Positions 48,172 through 53,654 of a stretch of 53,654 nt of DNA are shown piece after piece (the stretch's first letter is position 1; every line of letters starts with the position of its first letter). The stretch lies in the NCBI GenBank assembly GCA_947459075.1, contig CANHBJ010000002.1, positions 1 through 53,654 of the forward strand, given 5' to 3'. A program made the translations under genes and the position numbers. Below the pieces are notes generated by a model. The model was not told the DNA's origin, did no database searches, and worked only from the letters and a program-made list of their open reading frames with translations. This DNA is from Bacteroidota bacterium. Its GTDB lineage: Bacteria; Bacteroidota; Bacteroidia; UKL13-3.

Positions 48172-48400
48172 AACAGTTAACTACGTATTATCTGATAAAG
48201 TCATCCTAAATTTTATTCTATTAGAATATCTTTATTTCGTTATACATCAATTGAATTTAATCACTTCGATATACATTTAATCTTAATCGAAACTCAATTC
48301 TTGCTAAGGTTTACGGTTTACGCCTTGTTAATTTAGCTACTCAACTTAATCTTCCCAACATTAAACTCTTTTTCGTACTTTCGCGCCCTCAAATTTGTAA

Positions 48401-50023
<1,623 letters not shown>

Positions 50024-50026
50024 AAA

Positions 50027-50052
50027 ACGCCCCGATTTTCGGGGCGTTTTTT
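50027..50052. terminator. Bidirectional rho-independent terminator
   Basis: ACGCCCCGA / TCGGGGCGT forms a 9-bp GC-rich stem flanked by A- and T-runs, between convergent genes. Confidence 0.85.
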
Positions 50053-52663
50053 ATGGATGTATTACTTCAATTTTTTTAACAATAGTCCGCTGATTTATTT
50101 TTACTTTTACTAGATAAATACCCTGTTTCCAAGTTTTGGTTTCGCAATGGTGCAAAGTGTTTTCCGCTATGACCTCTAGTATTTTTGTACCCAATAAATC
50201 ATATACAACAATAGTTGATGGTTGCGGGGTTTCTACAATGAGTTTTTGATTTGCCGGATTAGGAAAGATAGATGTATTGGAATTGACATCAAAAGTATTT
50301 AATCCAACAGGAGGTACTGTTTGAAACCAACGAGGCGCAGACCACGAACCAATAAGTGTGTCTATACGGCCTCTAACACGCCACCAATATTTGGTGTTTA
50401 TTTGTTGACCTGTGAAAAACACACTCCTCGCTGAAGTATTTCCACTTGCAACTACTGTATTAAATTGTTCATCAGTTGATACTTGTGCATCGTAACTTGA
50501 AGCGTTTGCAGCAGAGCCCCAGCTTAAAGTAAGCTGTGTGATCGGAACGTTTAATTGGCCATTCGCAGGCGATATCAAAATTGGAGTTCCGATAACAGGC
50601 CTATTAACAGTTGTAAAAGCGCTATATGAAGACCAAAGGCTGGTATCGCGTGAGTGAAATGCACGTGCACGCCAATAATATTTTGTGGAAAACCCGCATA
50701 ATGCGGAATCACCGGCTTGTTCTTTTCCTATCAAAGTTTTGGTAAGTGGTTCACCTGTTAATGTATCATTTATTAGCTGATATTGAAAGCCAAAATCACT
50801 CACAGAACCTTGAATACTCCAACTTAAGTAAGGACGAATAGAAACAGCCGTTGCATTATTAACTGGAGTTAGTAACTGCATTTGTGTGGTGGTTGAAAAA
50901 TTAAATGGACTGGTCCACTTAGAAGTATCGATCCTATTAATGCATCTGACACGCCAATAATATGTTTTCTCAAAAAGTCTATCGGTTGGAAAGTTTAAAT
51001 TTACATACTGTGGTGTAAAATCATCAGGTACATGAGAATCAATTCCTTGGGCTAATTCAGGCGAGTTAAATTGTGTGGTGGTATCTAGTTGCCACTGCAC
51101 CTGCTCCGAGCCTTTAATGCCTGTAATTAAGGCACCAGTACTTGTACCAATTCCTATCATACCATTTGGTGGAAAATAAAGTAAAGGCAATGATTTGGTT
51201 TTAAAGACTCGAGCTAAAGAACGCTCAGCAGTATCAGTTCCCATAATCTGGTAGGCACGCCACACAAATGTACCACCATACCCAACTGATGTATCTAAAT
51301 AATAATAAAAAGTTCCATCATATTTTAACGAATCGCTGCTTATAAAAAACCTTGTTGGATTAGCACTAAATACCGAGCCTGAATCAATTTCAATTACAAC
51401 TTTATCTGCCCAAGTATCTTTGCGCACATAAAAACGCAACCTCACATCTTGATTAACGGCATTATTACTTGGCTGACCTATGTTACTTATTTGCCCTGTA
51501 TAAGTTTTGAACCAAGTGTTACTCCATGCTGTTGTATCTAAGGCATGCATGTGGCGCAAGCGTGTGTAATACTTCGTATTTAGCTTTAAATTATTGGGGT
51601 ATACAATTGAGGTGTTAGTAGTTAAGGTATCTAATAGCAGTAGGGTTAAAGCCGAATCGGCATAAAGTTGCAATTGACTGGTTGCACCTGTACGTAATGC
51701 CCAACTCATATTAGGTTTTAATATAGCTGAACCAGATGTATTACTTGGCGATGTAACTGCACCAGCACCATATACCAATGCATTGCGCACTGCCGACCAT
51801 GCTGAAACATGATTACCAAACTTTGCTCTAATTCTAAAATAGTAGCGCCTATCAAACAATAAATTATACTGTGTATCTTGTATGTTTACTGGAGCCAACA
51901 ATTTTGTTTGTAATCTCATCGATGAAAAATCTGCTGCGGTGTCCCACTGCAACTCAACCATAGCCAAGCTGGTAGTTGGCCAAGTTAAAATATTCCTAGG
52001 GTATATATTAGCCGATATGTTATTAAGCGTAGGTTGTGTGTAAAAAGTATAGTTAGTTACATCCGACCAATCAAGTGTATCACCATCTGTATTGATGGCA
52101 GTGCATGTCCAATAAAATTTGCGTCCAAACTGAAACAAAGGCGTATCTATAAAATAGGATTCGGGTTGTATTTTGAAGGTGTAAAGTGGCGTGTTAAACG
52201 TGGGCGATGTATCCACTTTAAATAAGTATGTAGCCTGTTTAGTTGAGGTTACTGGATATGCATTAAGCGATCTTAGCGCACCCGTGGTGTTTGTTGCGGG
52301 ACTATTATTAACCATTTTAATAGCAGCTATAAAGTTATACGTGTCAGACCAAGCAGATGTATCGCCTGATTTATAAGCACGAGCACGCCAATATACTTTT
52401 AAGCCTTTACGGCACGAAGGGGAATACGCACTGTTTGTAGCCGAATGAACTGTTGCCAAATACAAGCTAGAGAATGTTGTTACAGAATCGAACTGAAATT
52501 GATAACCTGTTGCTTGAGATAAGGTATTTACTAAAACAGTAACTTCAAAAGCTTTTAACTGCACACCAGATGTTGGCGACAACAAATATGGCTGTGGTAA
52601 AAAAGCCCAACTATAATTTAAAGCGTATATAAAACAGAAAACAGTGAATACCAATTTTTTCAT
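50051..52663 (-). CDS. T9SS-sorted surface protein made of ~8-9 tandem Fn3/Ig-like modules
   Basis: Start chosen at MKKLVFTVFCFIYALNYSWA (52663). Repeated module ends such as YYWRARAF..DTSLWSS, YYWRVRCI..DTSKWTS and YWWRVRGR..IGSWSA. The C-terminal NTSIFPNPANQKL...GIYLVKVKINQRTIVKKIEVIHP is a T9SS type-A sorting domain. Confidence 0.8.
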   Translation of the reverse strand: MKKLVFTVFCFIYALNYSWAFLPQPYLLSPTSGVQLKAFEVTVLVNTLSQATGYQFQFDSVTTFSSLYLATVHSATNSAYSPSCRKGLKVYWRARAYKSGDTSAWSDTYNFIAAIKMVNNSPATNTTGALRSLNAYPVTSTKQATYLFKVDTSPTFNTPLYTFKIQPESYFIDTPLFQFGRKFYWTCTAINTDGDTLDWSDVTNYTFYTQPTLNNISANIYPRNILTWPTTSLAMVELQWDTAADFSSMRLQTKLLAPVNIQDTQYNLLFDRRYYFRIRAKFGNHVSAWSAVRNALVYGAGAVTSPSNTSGSAILKPNMSWALRTGATSQLQLYADSALTLLLLDTLTTNTSIVYPNNLKLNTKYYTRLRHMHALDTTAWSNTWFKTYTGQISNIGQPSNNAVNQDVRLRFYVRKDTWADKVVIEIDSGSVFSANPTRFFISSDSLKYDGTFYYYLDTSVGYGGTFVWRAYQIMGTDTAERSLARVFKTKSLPLLYFPPNGMIGIGTSTGALITGIKGSEQVQWQLDTTTQFNSPELAQGIDSHVPDDFTPQYVNLNFPTDRLFEKTYYWRVRCINRIDTSKWTSPFNFSTTTQMQLLTPVNNATAVSIRPYLSWSIQGSVSDFGFQYQLINDTLTGEPLTKTLIGKEQAGDSALCGFSTKYYWRARAFHSRDTSLWSSYSAFTTVNRPVIGTPILISPANGQLNVPITQLTLSWGSAANASSYDAQVSTDEQFNTVVASGNTSARSVFFTGQQINTKYWWRVRGRIDTLIGSWSAPRWFQTVPPVGLNTFDVNSNTSIFPNPANQKLIVETPQPSTIVVYDLLGTKILEVIAENTLHHCETKTWKQGIYLVKVKINQRTIVKKIEVIHP

Positions 52664-52743
52664 GATATTCGAAAATACCGAAAGTTTTAAGAGTTTATGA
52701 TAAAGCATAACAAAGTATTTTTGCTAATTCTAAACGTTTGTTA

Positions 52744-53654
52744 TTATACTACCACACTGCCAAACTCAAACTGCATATCATTTAGTTTGCGGTAAAGGCT
52801 ATTGTTAGCCATTAACTGCTCGTGTGAGCCTTCTTCGGTAACTGTGCCTTTATCTATTACCACAATTTTATGTGCGTTACGAATAGTACTTAATCGGTGC
52901 GCAATCACAAAACTGGTGCGGTTTTTCATTAAGTTATCTAAGGCCTCTTGTACCAATTGTTCGCTCTCACTATCTAATGATGAAGTGGCTTCATCCAAAA
53001 TAAGAATAGCCGGGTTTTTTAAAATAGCACGTGCAATGGCAATGCGCTGTCGTTGTCCACCACTTAATTTAATACCACGCTCTCCTACTATGGTTTCATA
53101 ACCTTCAGGAAACTTACAGATAAAATCGTGTGCATTGGCTTTACGAGCAGCATCTGCAATTTCTTCTGCAGTAGCGCCTAATTTACCGTAAGCAATATTT
53201 TCGGCAATGGTGCCGCCAAATAATACAACATCTTGAGGCACAAAAGCCATTTGCTTACGCAATTGTGTTAACGGAAAGCTGATACCATCTTTATCATCAA
53301 ACAAAATGCTACCCGATGTTGGTTCGTAAAACTTTAACAATAAACTGGCTATGGTACTTTTACCTGCACCACTCGGACCAACCAAAGCAATTTGCTCGCC
53401 ATTTTTAGCCGTAAGCGTAATGTCTTTTAATACGCTTACATCATTACGGCTTGGGTAACTAAATGCAACTTGTTTAAACGACACATTCCCGTTTAACACA
53501 TATTGCGAATCAATGGCAATTTGAGTAAGCTCTACAGGTTCGCCTTCTGCACGCAATATTTCACGCACGCTTTGTGTTGCTCCTAAAGTTTTTTGCAACT
53601 GACTAAACATATCAGCAAAGCCTGCAAAAGTGCCACCCACAAACATACTGAAGA
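52744..53654 (-). CDS. ABC transporter ATP-binding/permease protein (MsbA-like exporter), C-terminal NBD; 5' end outside the window
   Basis: Walker A GPSGAGKST, signature LSGGQRQR and Walker B ILILDEATSSLD. The reading frame stays open to the window edge. Confidence 0.9.
   Translation of the reverse strand, partial: FSMFVGGTFAGFADMFSQLQKTLGATQSVREILRAEGEPVELTQIAIDSQYVLNGNVSFKQVAFSYPSRNDVSVLKDITLTAKNGEQIALVGPSGAGKSTIASLLLKFYEPTSGSILFDDKDGISFPLTQLRKQMAFVPQDVVLFGGTIAENIAYGKLGATAEEIADAARKANAHDFICKFPEGYETIVGERGIKLSGGQRQRIAIARAILKNPAILILDEATSSLDSESEQLVQEALDNLMKNRTSFVIAHRLSTIRNAHKIVVIDKGTVTEEGSHEQLMANNSLYRKLNDMQFEFGSVVV

Overview
53.7 kb of a low-GC Bacteroidota chromosome. The phylum call rests on two type-9-secretion C-terminal sorting domains, the parA-parB-DUF5683-dapB-lepB synteny and TAnnTTTG-type -7 boxes. 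Most of the window is housekeeping: fabD, queD, hldD, lpdA, serS, ppiase, lepB, dapB, parAB, aroB-aroA-aroC, topA, an ABC-F ATPase and proline dehydrogenase. I saw no rRNA, tRNA, CRISPR array, transposase or integrase. Two regions are not ordinary. (1) The first ~2.3 kb looks like the distal end of an integron-like cassette array. Three copies of an attC-like imperfect palindrome (118-255, 1402-1500, 2168-2309) each follow a co-oriented ORF. The cargo is a 7-bladed beta-propeller lipoprotein and a MntA/HepT toxin-antitoxin pair whose HEPN toxin carries an in-frame stop. Decayed VOC-family and intact SRPBCC genes lie just downstream. (2) 19845-27987 is a tightly packed nine-gene plus-strand operon I cannot assign to any described pathway. 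It encodes an ECF sigma, a small anti-sigma-like membrane protein, a Spy/CpxP-like periplasmic protein, a PqqD-like protein, an ATP-grasp ligase and a fold-III PLP decarboxylase. These are followed by a urea-transporter-like/M23 peptidase fusion, a predicted outer-membrane beta-barrel and a secreted TPR protein. It is my best candidate for a novel system: a sigma-controlled, envelope-spanning small-molecule or peptide modification and export module. Smaller observations: an intergenic region beside parAB (36432-36810) with an inverted pair of DnaA-box-like 9-mers and split parS half-sites; a YbiT-like ABC-F with a degenerate second P-loop; and a giant orphan histidine kinase translationally coupled to a 1167-aa outer-membrane protein. 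All functional calls come from motif recognition by eye, with no database search.
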